Shown here in pieces: positions 1 through 10,620 of a stretch of DNA of 48,481 nt. Source of the DNA: Lachnospiraceae bacterium (GTDB lineage Bacteria; Bacillota_I; Bacilli_A; RFN20; CAG-826); NCBI GenBank assembly GCA_963660725.1, contig CAVKZU010000108.1, forward strand, positions 1 through 48,481, in the 5' to 3' direction. The position numbers and the translations under genes are program-made. The first letter of the stretch is position 1, and every line of letters begins with the position of its first letter. The notes below the pieces were generated by a model. That model did no database searches. It saw nothing but the letters and a program-made list of their open reading frames with translations, and was not told where the DNA came from.

Positions 1-1
1 T

Positions 2-403
2 TACATAACTTTTATAGATGATTTATCAAATTATAAAGAAAAATATATTAAAAAAATAAAAGATAACTTAAATGAAGATAAAATAAAGAAAACTACCACA
101 AAAGGAATTCATCTTGAAGATTTCTATATATCTTTAGATAATAAAAATGTTTCTAAATTTGGAAGTCAAGGTGAAAATAGAATGGTAATTTTATCACTTA
201 AACTTGCACCATTTTTTATGAATAATCAAAAATCAATTATTATTCTTGATGATGTTTTAAGTGAATTAGACGAATCAAATAAAAATAATTTTTTAAATTT
301 ATTAAATGAATTTAATCAAGTATTTATTACTAATACATACAAAATTAATGAAGATAAATTTAAAAATATCGATATAGAAAATTTAATTAATCAAAATAGT
401 TAA
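2..403 (+). CDS. recF: RecF DNA replication/repair protein, C-terminal fragment (5' end outside the window)
   Basis: The frame is open from the window edge. It contains FGSQGENRMVILSLKLA (RecF/SMC signature) and IIILDDVLSELD (Walker B/D-loop). It lies directly upstream of gyrB, as in the canonical dnaA-dnaN-recF-gyrB cluster. Confidence 0.85.
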   Translation, partial: YITFIDDLSNYKEKYIKKIKDNLNEDKIKKTTTKGIHLEDFYISLDNKNVSKFGSQGENRMVILSLKLAPFFMNNQKSIIILDDVLSELDESNKNNFLNLLNEFNQVFITNTYKINEDKFKNIDIENLINQNS

Positions 404-413
404 GGAGAAAAAA

Positions 414-2480
414 ATGGAAGAAAAAGAATTAGAAGTTCAAACTAAAGATGAAGAAACTCTTTCTAAACAAGATGAAGAAATCAGAAAAAGATTTGATGGA
501 TCTTTTATTAACGCTGATGATAAAAATGTTGGTAAAGGGGATGAAGATTATACTTCTAGTAATTTAAAAGTCATGAAAGGCTTAGAACATATTCGTTTAA
601 GACCTGGAATGTATATTGGCGATACTGGAAATAAAGGTTTTCACCATTTAGTTTGGGAACTTGTTGATAACGCAGTTGATGAAGCAATTGCTGGTTTTTG
701 TACTGAAATTGATGTAACACTCAATAAAGATGGCTCTTTAACTGTTAAAGATAATGGTAGAGGTGTCCCTGTTGATAAAATGCCAGGAAGTGAACTTACT
801 GGGGTTGAAACTGTTTTTACAGTTTTAAATGCTGGTGGTAAGTTTGGTGGCAAAAGCGTTTATAAAGTTTCTGGTGGATTACATGGGGTTGGTGCTAAAG
901 CAGTAAACGCATTATCTTCTTCAATGGATGTTACGGTTGAACGTGATGGTGGAAAATACTTTATGCATTGCGAAAAAGGTAAATGTATTGAACACTTACA
1001 TCGAGTTGGTGATAGTGAAAATAGAGGTACTACTGTTACTTTTAAACCAGATCCTGAAATTTTCCCATCTGTTGAAAGATTTAATTTTGATATGATTGAA
1101 TCTAGATTAAGACAAACTGCTTTTTTAATTAAAGGAGTTACAATTAATTTAGTTGATAATCGATTAGATGAACCACAAAGTACAGTTTTCTGTTTTAAAG
1201 AAGGTATTAAAGATTACGTTAGATACATTAATAGAGGTAAAACTACTTTAACTCAAGATATTTTATATTTTAATGGTGCTCAAAGATTCAAAAAAATCGA
1301 TGATACTGAAACTGATATCGTTGTAGAATTTGCAATGCAATATAATGATGGATTCAATACTGATGATATTTATTCTTATTGTAATAACGTTAAAACTCCA
1401 GGAGGAGGAACACATTATGATGGATTTATTAATGCGTTAGTTAGAGTTTTTAATTCTTATGCACGTGCTAATAAATTTTTAACTGATAAAGATAATGAAA
1501 GAATTAAAGCACAAGATTGTAAATCTGGTCTTGTTGCAGTTATTTCTGTAAAACATGAAAATCCTGAATATGAAGGTCAAGTTAAAGATAAATTAGGAAA
1601 TCCTGAAGTTAAAGAAATTACTTCTTCAATTGTTGGTGCAATTTTAGAAAGATATTTAAATGAAAATAAAGATATTGCTACTCAAATTTTAACTAAAATT
1701 GTTCAAATTTATCATGCACGTATTAAAGCTGCAAAGATTTTTGAAGAAGAAAAAAAGAAAAACGGCATTGAAATTGCTACTTTACCTGGAAAACTTGCAG
1801 ATTGTTCAAGTGCTAATCCAGAAGAATGTGAATTATTTATTGTTGAGGGTAATTCAGCTGGTGGTAGTGCAAAACAAGGAAGAGATCCTCGAATTCAAGC
1901 AATTTTACCTTTAAGAGGTAAGATTTTAAATGTTTTAAAAGCAAGTGATGACCAAATTATGGCAAATGCTGAAATCGGAAATATGATTAAAGCAATTGGT
2001 GGAGGATATGGAGAAAATTTTGATGTCTCTAAAATTAGATATCATAAAATTGTTATTATGACCGATGCTGATGTTGATGGAAGCCATATTAGATTATTAC
2101 TTTTAACTTTCTTTAATAGATTTATGAAACCTTTAATTGATGGAGGATATATTTATATTGCTCAACCTCCTCTTTATAAAGTTGAATATAAAAATAAAGA
2201 TTATTATGCATATAGTGATGAACAACTTGAAGTCATTAGAAAACAACTTCAACTTAAAACTGGATATCCATTCCAAAGATACAAAGGTTTAGGTGAAATG
2301 GATCCTGAACAACTTGAAGAAACTACAATGGATCCAAATGTAAGAAAAATGTTAAGAGTTACTATTGAAGATGCTTATTTAGCAGAAGAATTAATTAGTG
2401 AACTTATGGGTGAAGATGTTGAACCACGTTATGATTACATTACTAAAAATGCACAATTTGTTAAAAATCTTGATATTTAA
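414..2480 (+). CDS. gyrB: DNA gyrase subunit B
   Basis: 688 aa with an AGGAG RBS. Motifs: GLEHIRLRPGMYIG, LVWELVDNAVDE, GLHGVGAKAVNALS, EGNSAGGSAKQGRD, PLRGKILNV, IMTDADVDGSHI. It has a ~45-aa acidic N-terminal extension. Confidence 0.97.
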   Translation: MEEKELEVQTKDEETLSKQDEEIRKRFDGSFINADDKNVGKGDEDYTSSNLKVMKGLEHIRLRPGMYIGDTGNKGFHHLVWELVDNAVDEAIAGFCTEIDVTLNKDGSLTVKDNGRGVPVDKMPGSELTGVETVFTVLNAGGKFGGKSVYKVSGGLHGVGAKAVNALSSSMDVTVERDGGKYFMHCEKGKCIEHLHRVGDSENRGTTVTFKPDPEIFPSVERFNFDMIESRLRQTAFLIKGVTINLVDNRLDEPQSTVFCFKEGIKDYVRYINRGKTTLTQDILYFNGAQRFKKIDDTETDIVVEFAMQYNDGFNTDDIYSYCNNVKTPGGGTHYDGFINALVRVFNSYARANKFLTDKDNERIKAQDCKSGLVAVISVKHENPEYEGQVKDKLGNPEVKEITSSIVGAILERYLNENKDIATQILTKIVQIYHARIKAAKIFEEEKKKNGIEIATLPGKLADCSSANPEECELFIVEGNSAGGSAKQGRDPRIQAILPLRGKILNVLKASDDQIMANAEIGNMIKAIGGGYGENFDVSKIRYHKIVIMTDADVDGSHIRLLLLTFFNRFMKPLIDGGYIYIAQPPLYKVEYKNKDYYAYSDEQLEVIRKQLQLKTGYPFQRYKGLGEMDPEQLEETTMDPNVRKMLRVTIEDAYLAEELISELMGEDVEPRYDYITKNAQFVKNLDI

Positions 2481-2496
2481 TTAATAGGAGATAGAT

Positions 2497-5013
2497 ATGG
2501 AAGATAAAAAAATACAAAACCAAGAAGAAGAGATTGAAAGTGGAATTGTCCCTTCTTTAAAAGATACCGAAATCTCTGATTTAGTTAAAAATTCATTTAT
2601 CGATTATGCAATGTCAGTTATTGTTGCTCGTGCATTACCTGAAAGTAAAGACGGATTAAAACCTGTTCAAAGAAGAATTATTTATGCAATGAATGAAGCA
2701 GGTTATACTCCTGCTAAACCATATGTTAAGTGTGCTAAAATTGTTGGTGACGTTATGGGTAAATATCACCCACATGGTGATTCTTCAATTTATATGGCTT
2801 TAGTTTATATGGCTCAAAATTTCTCACTCCGTTATACATTAATTGATGGACATGGTAACTTTGGTACTATGGATGGAGATGATCCTGCTGCTTATCGTTA
2901 CACTGAAGCTAGATTAAATAAATTATCTTTAGAATTAGTTAGAGATATTAATTTAGATACAATTGATTATATGCCTAACTATGATGGTACTTTAGATGAA
3001 CCTTTAGTTTTACCATCACGTTTCCCAAATCTTTTAGTTAATGGAAGTGAAGGAATTGCAGTTGGTATGGCTACAAAAATGCCTCCACATAACTTAAAAG
3101 AAGTTACAAAAGGTATTATTTCTTATATTCATAATCCTGAAATTAGTGTTGAAGAATTAATGAATGATATAAAAGGTCCAGATTTCCCTACTGGTGGAAT
3201 TGTTTATGGATTAAGTGGAATTAAAGATGCTTATGAAACTGGAAGAGGATCTTTTAAATTAAGAGCAAAAACTGAAATTCAAGAAATGCCTAATGGCAAA
3301 TCAAAAATTATTGTTTCTGAAATCCCTTACCAAGTTAATAAAGGTGATTTAGTTAAAAAGATTGGTGAACTTGCTCGTGATAAAAAAATAGATGGTATAA
3401 CATCTATTAAAGATTATTCAAAAATTGATGTTCATATTGAAATTGAAACAAGGGCAGATGTTAACGCTAGTGTTTTATTAAATCAATTATTTAAAAACAC
3501 AAAACTTGAAGTAAGTTATGGAATTATTAATCTTTCAATTGTAAATGGTGTTCCAAAAGTTTTAGGTTTAAAAGCTTTAATTTCTAATTATGTTGATTAT
3601 CAAGTTGAAGTTATTAGACGTAGAACAGAATGTTTATTAAAGAAAGATGAAGCAAGAATTCATATTATTAATGGTTTCTTATTATGTCATGATAATATTG
3701 ATGAAATCGTTGAAATGAGTAAAAATAGTGAATCTCCTGAAGATTTTATTAACAATTTACAACTTTCTCGTTTCAAATTTAGTGAACCTCAAGCAAGAGC
3801 AATTGCTGCTTTAACTTTAGGAAGATTAACTAAACTTGAAACTAATAAATTAATTGATGAAAGAACTAAATTAGAAGAAAATATTAAAAATTACAACTAT
3901 ATTTTAGAATCAAGAGAACATATTTTAGAAGTTGTAGAAACTGAATTACTTGAAATCGCAGAAAAATTTGGTGATGAAAGACGTAGTCAAATTTCTTCTT
4001 CTTTATCTTCAATTGATGATGAAGATTTAATTCCAAAGCAAGAAATTGTTATTACATTAACTGAAAAAGGTTATGTAAAAAGAATGGCTGTTGAAGAATT
4101 CAAGAGTCAAAATAGAGGTGGAAAAGGAATTAAAGGTTTAACAACTTATAATGATGATGAAATTTCTAAATTAATTTATGCTTCTACTCATACTGATATT
4201 TTCTTATTCTCTTCAAAAGGTAGAGTTTATAGAAAAAGAGGACATCAAATTCCTGAAGCTGCAAGAACTGCAAAAGGAACTCATATGGCAAATCTTTTAT
4301 CTTTACAAGAGGATGAAAAGATTGTTTCAATCATTCCAGTTGATGAATACGAAAATAAATTTTTATTCTTTGCAACTAAAAAAGGTATTTGTAAACGTAC
4401 TTCTTTAAATGAATTTATTAGAATTAATCAAAATGGTAAATTTGCAATTACTTTTAAAGAAGATGATGAATTATTAGATGTTAAAATCACTGATGGTAAC
4501 GCAACAATTTTACTTGCAACAAAATCTGGATTACTTTCTAAATTTAGTGAAAATCAAGTTCGTGAAATGGGAAGAACTGCAAGTGGTGTTAAAGGAATGA
4601 ATGTTGATGGAAGTGAACTTATTTCTATTGCAACTTCACTTGAAGGATCAAATGTTTTTGTAATTAGTGAAAAAGGTTTAGGAAAACAAACTTCTATTGA
4701 TGATTATCGTGAAACTAACCGTGGTGCAAAAGGTGTTAGAACTATAAAAATTACTGAAAAAACTGGTAATTTAGTTGCAATGAAAGTTGTTAATGGAGAT
4801 GAAGATTATCTTGTTACAACAAATAAAGGTATTATTGTTAGAACTCCACTTTCTCAAGTTAGAAATTGTGGTAGAAATTCTCAAGGTGTTATCTTAATTA
4901 GTTTCAAAAATGAAGATGAATACGTTCAATCTTGTACAATTCTTCCTCATAAAGAAGAAATTGAAGAAATAAAAGAAAATGAAGATATAGTAAAGGAAGA
5001 AATTAAAGAATAA
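2497..5013 (+). CDS. gyrA: DNA gyrase subunit A
   Basis: 838 aa. Motifs: [30 protein letters not shown] and the active-site Tyr context [10 protein letters not shown]. The C-terminal beta-pinwheel repeats are present. It follows gyrB. Confidence 0.97.
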   Translation: MEDKKIQNQEEEIESGIVPSLKDTEISDLVKNSFIDYAMSVIVARALPESKDGLKPVQRRIIYAMNEAGYTPAKPYVKCAKIVGDVMGKYHPHGDSSIYMALVYMAQNFSLRYTLIDGHGNFGTMDGDDPAAYRYTEARLNKLSLELVRDINLDTIDYMPNYDGTLDEPLVLPSRFPNLLVNGSEGIAVGMATKMPPHNLKEVTKGIISYIHNPEISVEELMNDIKGPDFPTGGIVYGLSGIKDAYETGRGSFKLRAKTEIQEMPNGKSKIIVSEIPYQVNKGDLVKKIGELARDKKIDGITSIKDYSKIDVHIEIETRADVNASVLLNQLFKNTKLEVSYGIINLSIVNGVPKVLGLKALISNYVDYQVEVIRRRTECLLKKDEARIHIINGFLLCHDNIDEIVEMSKNSESPEDFINNLQLSRFKFSEPQARAIAALTLGRLTKLETNKLIDERTKLEENIKNYNYILESREHILEVVETELLEIAEKFGDERRSQISSSLSSIDDEDLIPKQEIVITLTEKGYVKRMAVEEFKSQNRGGKGIKGLTTYNDDEISKLIYASTHTDIFLFSSKGRVYRKRGHQIPEAARTAKGTHMANLLSLQEDEKIVSIIPVDEYENKFLFFATKKGICKRTSLNEFIRINQNGKFAITFKEDDELLDVKITDGNATILLATKSGLLSKFSENQVREMGRTASGVKGMNVDGSELISIATSLEGSNVFVISEKGLGKQTSIDDYRETNRGAKGVRTIKITEKTGNLVAMKVVNGDEDYLVTTNKGIIVRTPLSQVRNCGRNSQGVILISFKNEDEYVQSCTILPHKEEIEEIKENEDIVKEEIKE

Positions 5014-6047
5014 TGAAACCTTTAGTTTATTTAAAAATAAATCCAAAATATGAGAATTTTGAAGCAAATGCAGTAAAAAGCACTATTCAAGATATGTTAA
5101 TTAGTCAAAATGTGGTCTATTCTACTTCTCTTATTTCAGAAGATTATGATGTCGCACACTTTATTAATTTAGATGATGCATCTTATTTTGCTAATAACTC
5201 TAAAAAAGATGTTAAAAAAGTAATTACTTTATTTTATTCAGAAAATGATGTCTATGGTAACATTTTAAAAATCGTTAATAAAAAAGATGAAAAAGAAATG
5301 TTACCATATGAAATTTCTAAATATGATATTAAAATCTTAAATTTATTAGATTTAATTTTAGTACCTTCTAATGAATGTAGAAATTTTTTAATTAATTTAG
5401 GTGTTAAAACTGATATAAAAATATTAAAAATTTGTACTAAAATTACAAATTATGATTTTAAAAATAGTATTTTACATAAAGCTATATATTCTTATTTTAG
5501 AATCAGTGATGAAAGTATGTTAATTGTTACAACAATTAAACATAATGATGTAGAAGCTTTTAAAAATTTATTTGTATTACTAGAAAAATTCCCTAAGGCA
5601 ACTTTTGTATGTATTTCACAATTTGCAAATAAAGGATTATTAAATTTAAAAATTAAATCTCTTTTAAAAAGAAAGCCTAAAAATTTAATTTTTACTACTC
5701 CTTTGACTCTAGATTTATACAATTCACTTATGTATAACGCTAAAATATTTTTAAATTTATCATCTATTCCAAGTGGTATTTTTGAATGTTTCGAGGCAAT
5801 GGCTAGTAAAACTCAAATTTTTGCATTAGAAAGTTCTTGTTTTAAAGATATCTTAATTGATAAAAAGAATTGTTATTTATATAATAATATCGATTTATTA
5901 CGAGTTGGAATTGATCAATATCTATTAAATTTGATAGATTCTACTATCGATAATGCATTCAATGAAGTAAAAGCAATCTATAATTCAGACAATGCAAAAG
6001 AATTAATAAATTATTATAAAGAATTAACGGAGGAAAAAATATGTTAG
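5013..6047 (+). CDS. Glycosyltransferase-like protein (GT-B/GT4-like C-terminal half); function uncertain
   Basis: 344 aa. Its start overlaps the gyrA stop by 1 nt (TAATG) and its end overlaps serS by 7 nt. LILVPSNECRNFL and SSIPSGIFECFEAMASKTQIFALESSCFKDILIDKKNCYLY resemble the GT4 'E-x-F-G...EAMA-x-G-x-P-V' region, but the match is imperfect. Confidence 0.55.
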   Translation: MKPLVYLKINPKYENFEANAVKSTIQDMLISQNVVYSTSLISEDYDVAHFINLDDASYFANNSKKDVKKVITLFYSENDVYGNILKIVNKKDEKEMLPYEISKYDIKILNLLDLILVPSNECRNFLINLGVKTDIKILKICTKITNYDFKNSILHKAIYSYFRISDESMLIVTTIKHNDVEAFKNLFVLLEKFPKATFVCISQFANKGLLNLKIKSLLKRKPKNLIFTTPLTLDLYNSLMYNAKIFLNLSSIPSGIFECFEAMASKTQIFALESSCFKDILIDKKNCYLYNNIDLLRVGIDQYLLNLIDSTIDNAFNEVKAIYNSDNAKELINYYKELTEEKIC

Positions 6048-7321
6048 ATGTTAATTACATTATAAATAATAAAGATGAAGTTAAAGAATTACTTGCTAAA
6101 AAAGGATTTGAAGCAGATATTGATTCTTTAGTTGAAGATTTATTAGAAAAAAGAAGATTACAAAGAGAAACTGAAACTAATAAAGCTGAACAAAATAAGT
6201 TATCTAAATCTGTTCCAGAAGTCAAAAAAGCAGGTGGAGATGTTCAAGCTATCTTTGCTAAAGTTAAAGAATTAGCAAATATTAATAAAGAAAACGAAGA
6301 AAAATTAAAAGTTATTGATGAAAGAAGTCATGCTGTTTTAGTTGCTTTACCAAACTTACCTGATAAAGATCTTCTTCCTGGCGAAAAAGAAAATAATAAA
6401 CCAATTTTCTATAATAAAGAAAAACCAGAATTTGATTTTGCTATTAAATCACATGTTGAATTGTGTGAATCATTAGGTTTAATTGATTATGAAAGAGGTG
6501 TTAAAGTAGCAGGTGCTGGAACTTGGTTTTATACAGGTCTTGGAGCACAACTTGAATGGGCACTTTTAAATTTCTTTATCAGTGAACATTTAAAAGATGG
6601 TTTCCAATTTATGTTACCTCCACATTTATTAAATTATGATTCAGGCTTCACAGCAGGACAATTCCCAAAATTTGAAGAAGATGTTTTTAAACTTGATTTA
6701 CCAGATCAATTTAGATTCCTTTTACCAACTGCTGAAACTGCATTAGTTAATTATTATCGTAATGAAATTTTAGACGAAAATGAATTACCAAAGAAATTCT
6801 TCGCTTATACTCCTTGCTATAGAAAAGAAGCAGGTACAAATAGAGCTGAAGAAAGAGGTATGATTAGAGGATATCAATTCAATAAAGTTGAAATGGTTGA
6901 ATATACTAAAGAAGATGATAGTGATCGTGCTTTTGAAGAATTAGTTGCTAAAGCACAAAGTTTAATGACAAAACTCGGATTACACTTTAGAATTTCAAAA
7001 CTTGCTGCAGGAGATTGTTCTCATTCAATGGCAAGAACTTACGATATCGAAGTCTACATTCCATCTTTAGATATTTATAAAGAAGTTTCTTCAGTTAGTA
7101 ACGCTAAAAGTTATCAAGCAAGAAGAGGCATGATGCGTTATAAAGATAGTGAAGGAAAAATTCACTATATGCATACATTAAATGGTAGTGGACTTGCAAC
7201 AAGTAGAGTTTTCCCAGCAATGCTTGAACAATATCAAAATGCAGATGGAAGTGTTACAATTCCAGAAGTATTAAGACCATTTATGGGTGGATTAGAGGTT
7301 TTAAAACCTATTAAAAAGTAG
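6041..7321 (+). CDS. serS: Seryl-tRNA synthetase
   Basis: 426 aa with an N-terminal coiled-coil arm. Class II motifs: FAYTPCYRKEAG, RGYQFNKVEM, LNGSGLATSRVFPAMLE. Confidence 0.95.
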   Translation: MLDVNYIINNKDEVKELLAKKGFEADIDSLVEDLLEKRRLQRETETNKAEQNKLSKSVPEVKKAGGDVQAIFAKVKELANINKENEEKLKVIDERSHAVLVALPNLPDKDLLPGEKENNKPIFYNKEKPEFDFAIKSHVELCESLGLIDYERGVKVAGAGTWFYTGLGAQLEWALLNFFISEHLKDGFQFMLPPHLLNYDSGFTAGQFPKFEEDVFKLDLPDQFRFLLPTAETALVNYYRNEILDENELPKKFFAYTPCYRKEAGTNRAEERGMIRGYQFNKVEMVEYTKEDDSDRAFEELVAKAQSLMTKLGLHFRISKLAAGDCSHSMARTYDIEVYIPSLDIYKEVSSVSNAKSYQARRGMMRYKDSEGKIHYMHTLNGSGLATSRVFPAMLEQYQNADGSVTIPEVLRPFMGGLEVLKPIKK

Positions 7322-7333
7322 TATAATAATTAA

Positions 7334-7413
7334 GCCACTACAATTTATCGTTTCGAACCAGGTCAGGATGGGAACATAGCAGCCTTAAGATTATCGTATA
7401 ATTGTGTAGTGGT
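7334..7413 (+). ncRNA. ffs: Small (4.5S-type) signal recognition particle RNA
   Basis: ACCAGGUCAGGAUG-GGAA-CAUAGCAGCC matches the conserved SRP domain IV (E. coli ACCAGGUCAGGUCC-GGAA-GGAAGCAGCC), including a GGAA tetraloop. The terminal stem GCCACUACAAUU / AAUUGUGUAGUGG closes the molecule. A TATAAT box lies at 7322-7327 and a T-run follows at 7414-7418. The ends are approximate. Confidence 0.85.
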
Positions 7414-7422
7414 TTTTATTTT

Positions 7423-7878
7423 ATGGAAAAAGAAAAACTAGAATATTTTATGGATTTAGCATTAAAAGAAGCAAATATTGCGTATTTTAATGATGAAATT
7501 CCAGTTGGTGCAATTATTATCGATAAAAATTTAAATATAATTGGTAAGGGATACAATACAAGAGAAAAAAATAAGGATATTTTAGGACACGCTGAAATTA
7601 ATGCGATAAAAGATGCTATCAATAATACCAATTCTAAAATATTAAACGAATGTACAATTTTTATTAATCTTGAACCTTGCTTGATGTGTCTTGGTGCAAT
7701 AAAAGAAGCACATATAAATAATATTGTTATTGGATTAAAAAATGATAAATATTCTTTAATTGAACGTCAAATGAGAGATGATTTTTATTTTGAAAATAAA
7801 ATTAATTTCATTTATGGAATAAAAGAAAAAGAATCAAAAACATTAATTGAAAATGCTATGAAAAAGATACGTGAATAA
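7423..7878 (+). CDS. tadA: tRNA-specific adenosine deaminase
   Basis: Contains the HAEINAI and PCLMCLGAI zinc motifs of the CDA fold. I chose the ATG at 7423 because the track's TTG start at 7402 lies inside the SRP RNA stem. No obvious SD sequence is present. Confidence 0.85.
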   Translation: MEKEKLEYFMDLALKEANIAYFNDEIPVGAIIIDKNLNIIGKGYNTREKNKDILGHAEINAIKDAINNTNSKILNECTIFINLEPCLMCLGAIKEAHINNIVIGLKNDKYSLIERQMRDDFYFENKINFIYGIKEKESKTLIENAMKKIRE

Positions 7879-7892
7879 CGTATCTTTTTTTA
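7863..7892 (+). terminator. Rho-independent terminator after tadA
   Basis: Stem AAGATACG / CGTATCTT with the tadA stop codon in the loop, followed by a T-run. Confidence 0.7.
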
Positions 7893-7927
7893 CAATGTAA
7901 AATTAATTAATGATATAATATAGATGT

Positions 7928-10618
7928 ATGTTAGAACTTAAGAATATATCAAAGGATTATTTTGTAGATAAAAAACCTTTCAGAGCGTTAAAAAATATAA
8001 CATTATCTTTTAAAGATAGTGGATTTGTTTCGATTTTAGGACCTTCAGGATGTGGTAAAACCACTCTTTTAAATGTTATTGGAGGTCTTGATCACTATAC
8101 AGAAGGTGATTTAATTATTGATGGAATTTCTACTAAATCATATAAAGATAAAGAATGGGATATTTATAGAAATAAAAAAATAGGATTTGTTTTTCAATCT
8201 TATAATTTAATTCAACATCTAACTATTTTAGAAAATGTTGAATTACCTTTGACTTTAGCAGGTGTAAGTAAAAAAGAAAGAAGCGAAAAAGCTAAAATTG
8301 CCTTAGAAAAAGTTGGTTTAAAAGATATTTGGAATAAAAAACCTAACCAATTAAGTGGAGGACAACAACAAAGAGTTGCTATTGCAAGATCTTTAATTAA
8401 TGATCCTTCTATTATTTTAGCAGATGAACCAACTGGTGCATTAGATAGTAAAACTAGTGTTCAGGTTATGGATATTTTACATGAAATTTCTAAAGAAAAA
8501 TTGGTTATTATGGTTACTCATAATGCTGATTTAGCAAAAGAATATTCTACAAGAATCATAACTTTAAAAGATGGTAATTTACAAAGTGATTCAAATAATG
8601 AATCATTAGAAAAGAACGAAGAAAGTAATGAAAATTTAAAGAAAAATAAAACTTCTATGTCTTTTTTTAGTGCATTTAAAATGTCTTTAAGAAATTTAAT
8701 GACAAAAAAAGGTAGAACGATTGCAACTAGTGTTGCAAGTAGTTTTGGTATTATTGGAGTTGCTTTAGTTTTAGCACTTTCTAATGGATTTTCAGGATAT
8801 ATTACTGATTTAGAATCTCAAACTGTTTCCACTTTACCAATTAATATTGCTAGTGTTATTCAATATAGTGAAAAAACAGATACTGATTCTTTAAACCCTT
8901 CTTATCCAGATGATAATTTGTTAAGACCAGAAATTCCAAAGTATACTGGTAAATATACTTATAAAGTTAGTAATTTAAATTCTAAATTTTTAAATTATAT
9001 TGAATATTTAAAAGAAGATAAAAAATATGTTAGTACTTATTTTAAAGTTTATAACACTAATTATTCAATGAATTTAATTACTGAATTTAATGATGAAATT
9101 AAAATAGTCGATAACAGTGCTACAAATTCTTCAACAACTGATTCAATCATGTCAAGTTATGTTGGACTTCCTACTACTCCTTTCCATAGGCTTTATGGAG
9201 AAGAAGAATATATTGAAAAAACATATGAAGTAATATATGGAGAATATCCTGATGCTAATAATATTAATGAAGTTTGTTTAGTAGTTGATGAAAAGAACCA
9301 AATTCCTTTTTCAACATTACAAAAATTAGGTATTTTCAGTGAATACGACGATAAAGAAACTGCTAATCAAAATCCTATTAAATTTGAAGATATTTTAAAT
9401 AAAAAATATAAATTAGTATTTAATAATGCATTATATAGTCAAGAAAATGGCACAAATAAAACTTATTATTCTCAAAATGATTTAAAAACATTATTTAACG
9501 AAAATAACGAAAATAATTCTATTGAACTTAAAATTACTGGAATTTTAAGGCCAAAACAAAGTTCCCAAATTCAAGTTATGACTCCTGGACTTTGTTATAA
9601 TTCAAAATTAAGTGATTACGTCGATAATTTAAATGTTAATAGTGATGTTACTAAATCAGTTTCTAAGAATTTAGAAATCAAAGATGAGTTATATTTAGAT
9701 TCATTTAAAGAATCTCTAGTAAATTTAATTAAAGATAATGTAATCGGAAGTGAAAATGTTGCAAAAACTATCGCATTATATTCAACTTATATGAATTTTT
9801 ATTCATTATTTAGTGATTCTTTAACTACTGCTAATAGATATTATTCTGAAATGTCTAAAATTGGTGCTGATATTGGGGTAAATTCAACTTCAATTGAATA
9901 TTATTCTGAAGATATTGCTATAAGAATAGAAGAAATTTTCGATTTATATAGTAATGATAAAGATAAATTTTATGAAGAAATTATTAATTTATTTGCATAT
10001 TTAACAAGTTATTCTAAAATAAGATCAGTTGTTATCTTCCCATCTGGATTAAATGAAAAAACTAAAATATTAGAATCTTTAGATGAATATAATAATTTAA
10101 ATTCAAGTTTAGATTCTTCAAAACACGCTATAAAAGAAAGTGAAAAAGTATATTATATTGATATTGTTAGTGATTTAACTTCTTCACTTTCAATCTTAAT
10201 TAATACAATTTCTGCAATTTTAATTATTTTTGCATCAATTTCTTTAATCGTTAGTAGTGTTATGACTGCAATTATTACTTATGTTTCAGTTGTAGAACGT
10301 ACTAAAGAAATTGGAATTTTAAGAGCACTTGGAAGTCGAAAGAAGGATGTTGGAAGATTATTTAAAGCAGAATGCTTTATTATTGGTCTTTTAAGTGGTA
10401 TATTTGGAATAGTTGTAACTTATATTGTAAGCATTCCAATTAATTTAGTTTTAAATAATATGTTCCCAACATATGGACTTGGATCAATTGCGTCTTTAAA
10501 TTATTTACACGCTATATTATTAATTGTAGTTGCAATTGTATTAAGTTATTTTAGTGGACTTGTTCCTGCTAGAATTGCTGCTAAAAAAGATCCTGTTACT
10601 GCTTTAAGGACTGAATAA
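7928..10618 (+). CDS. MacB-type ABC transporter, fused ATP-binding and FtsX-family permease protein
   Basis: 896 aa. The N-terminal NBD has GPSGCGKTT, LSGGQQQRVAIARS and ILADEPTGALD. A TM helix and a ~450-aa extracytoplasmic domain follow. The C-terminal FtsX-like region has 3 TM helices (RTKEIGILRALGSRKKDV). Confidence 0.88.
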   Translation: MLELKNISKDYFVDKKPFRALKNITLSFKDSGFVSILGPSGCGKTTLLNVIGGLDHYTEGDLIIDGISTKSYKDKEWDIYRNKKIGFVFQSYNLIQHLTILENVELPLTLAGVSKKERSEKAKIALEKVGLKDIWNKKPNQLSGGQQQRVAIARSLINDPSIILADEPTGALDSKTSVQVMDILHEISKEKLVIMVTHNADLAKEYSTRIITLKDGNLQSDSNNESLEKNEESNENLKKNKTSMSFFSAFKMSLRNLMTKKGRTIATSVASSFGIIGVALVLALSNGFSGYITDLESQTVSTLPINIASVIQYSEKTDTDSLNPSYPDDNLLRPEIPKYTGKYTYKVSNLNSKFLNYIEYLKEDKKYVSTYFKVYNTNYSMNLITEFNDEIKIVDNSATNSSTTDSIMSSYVGLPTTPFHRLYGEEEYIEKTYEVIYGEYPDANNINEVCLVVDEKNQIPFSTLQKLGIFSEYDDKETANQNPIKFEDILNKKYKLVFNNALYSQENGTNKTYYSQNDLKTLFNENNENNSIELKITGILRPKQSSQIQVMTPGLCYNSKLSDYVDNLNVNSDVTKSVSKNLEIKDELYLDSFKESLVNLIKDNVIGSENVAKTIALYSTYMNFYSLFSDSLTTANRYYSEMSKIGADIGVNSTSIEYYSEDIAIRIEEIFDLYSNDKDKFYEEIINLFAYLTSYSKIRSVVIFPSGLNEKTKILESLDEYNNLNSSLDSSKHAIKESEKVYYIDIVSDLTSSLSILINTISAILIIFASISLIVSSVMTAIITYVSVVERTKEIGILRALGSRKKDVGRLFKAECFIIGLLSGIFGIVVTYIVSIPINLVLNNMFPTYGLGSIASLNYLHAILLIVVAIVLSYFSGLVPARIAAKKDPVTALRTE

Positions 10619-10620
10619 TT

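Noticed and set aside
641-853. A 70-aa antisense ORF inside gyrB. Similar shadow ORFs occur at 1699-1914, 4178-4408, 5492-5722, 7416-7631, 18242-18457, 21050-21253, 23829-24029, 36427-36624, 37700-37909, 39281-39499, 41685-41933, 44886-45152, 45452-45649 and 47124-47513.
   Set aside because: Each lies wholly within, and out of frame with or antisense to, a long ORF that has strong family motifs. Each has low-complexity or implausible composition and no RBS.
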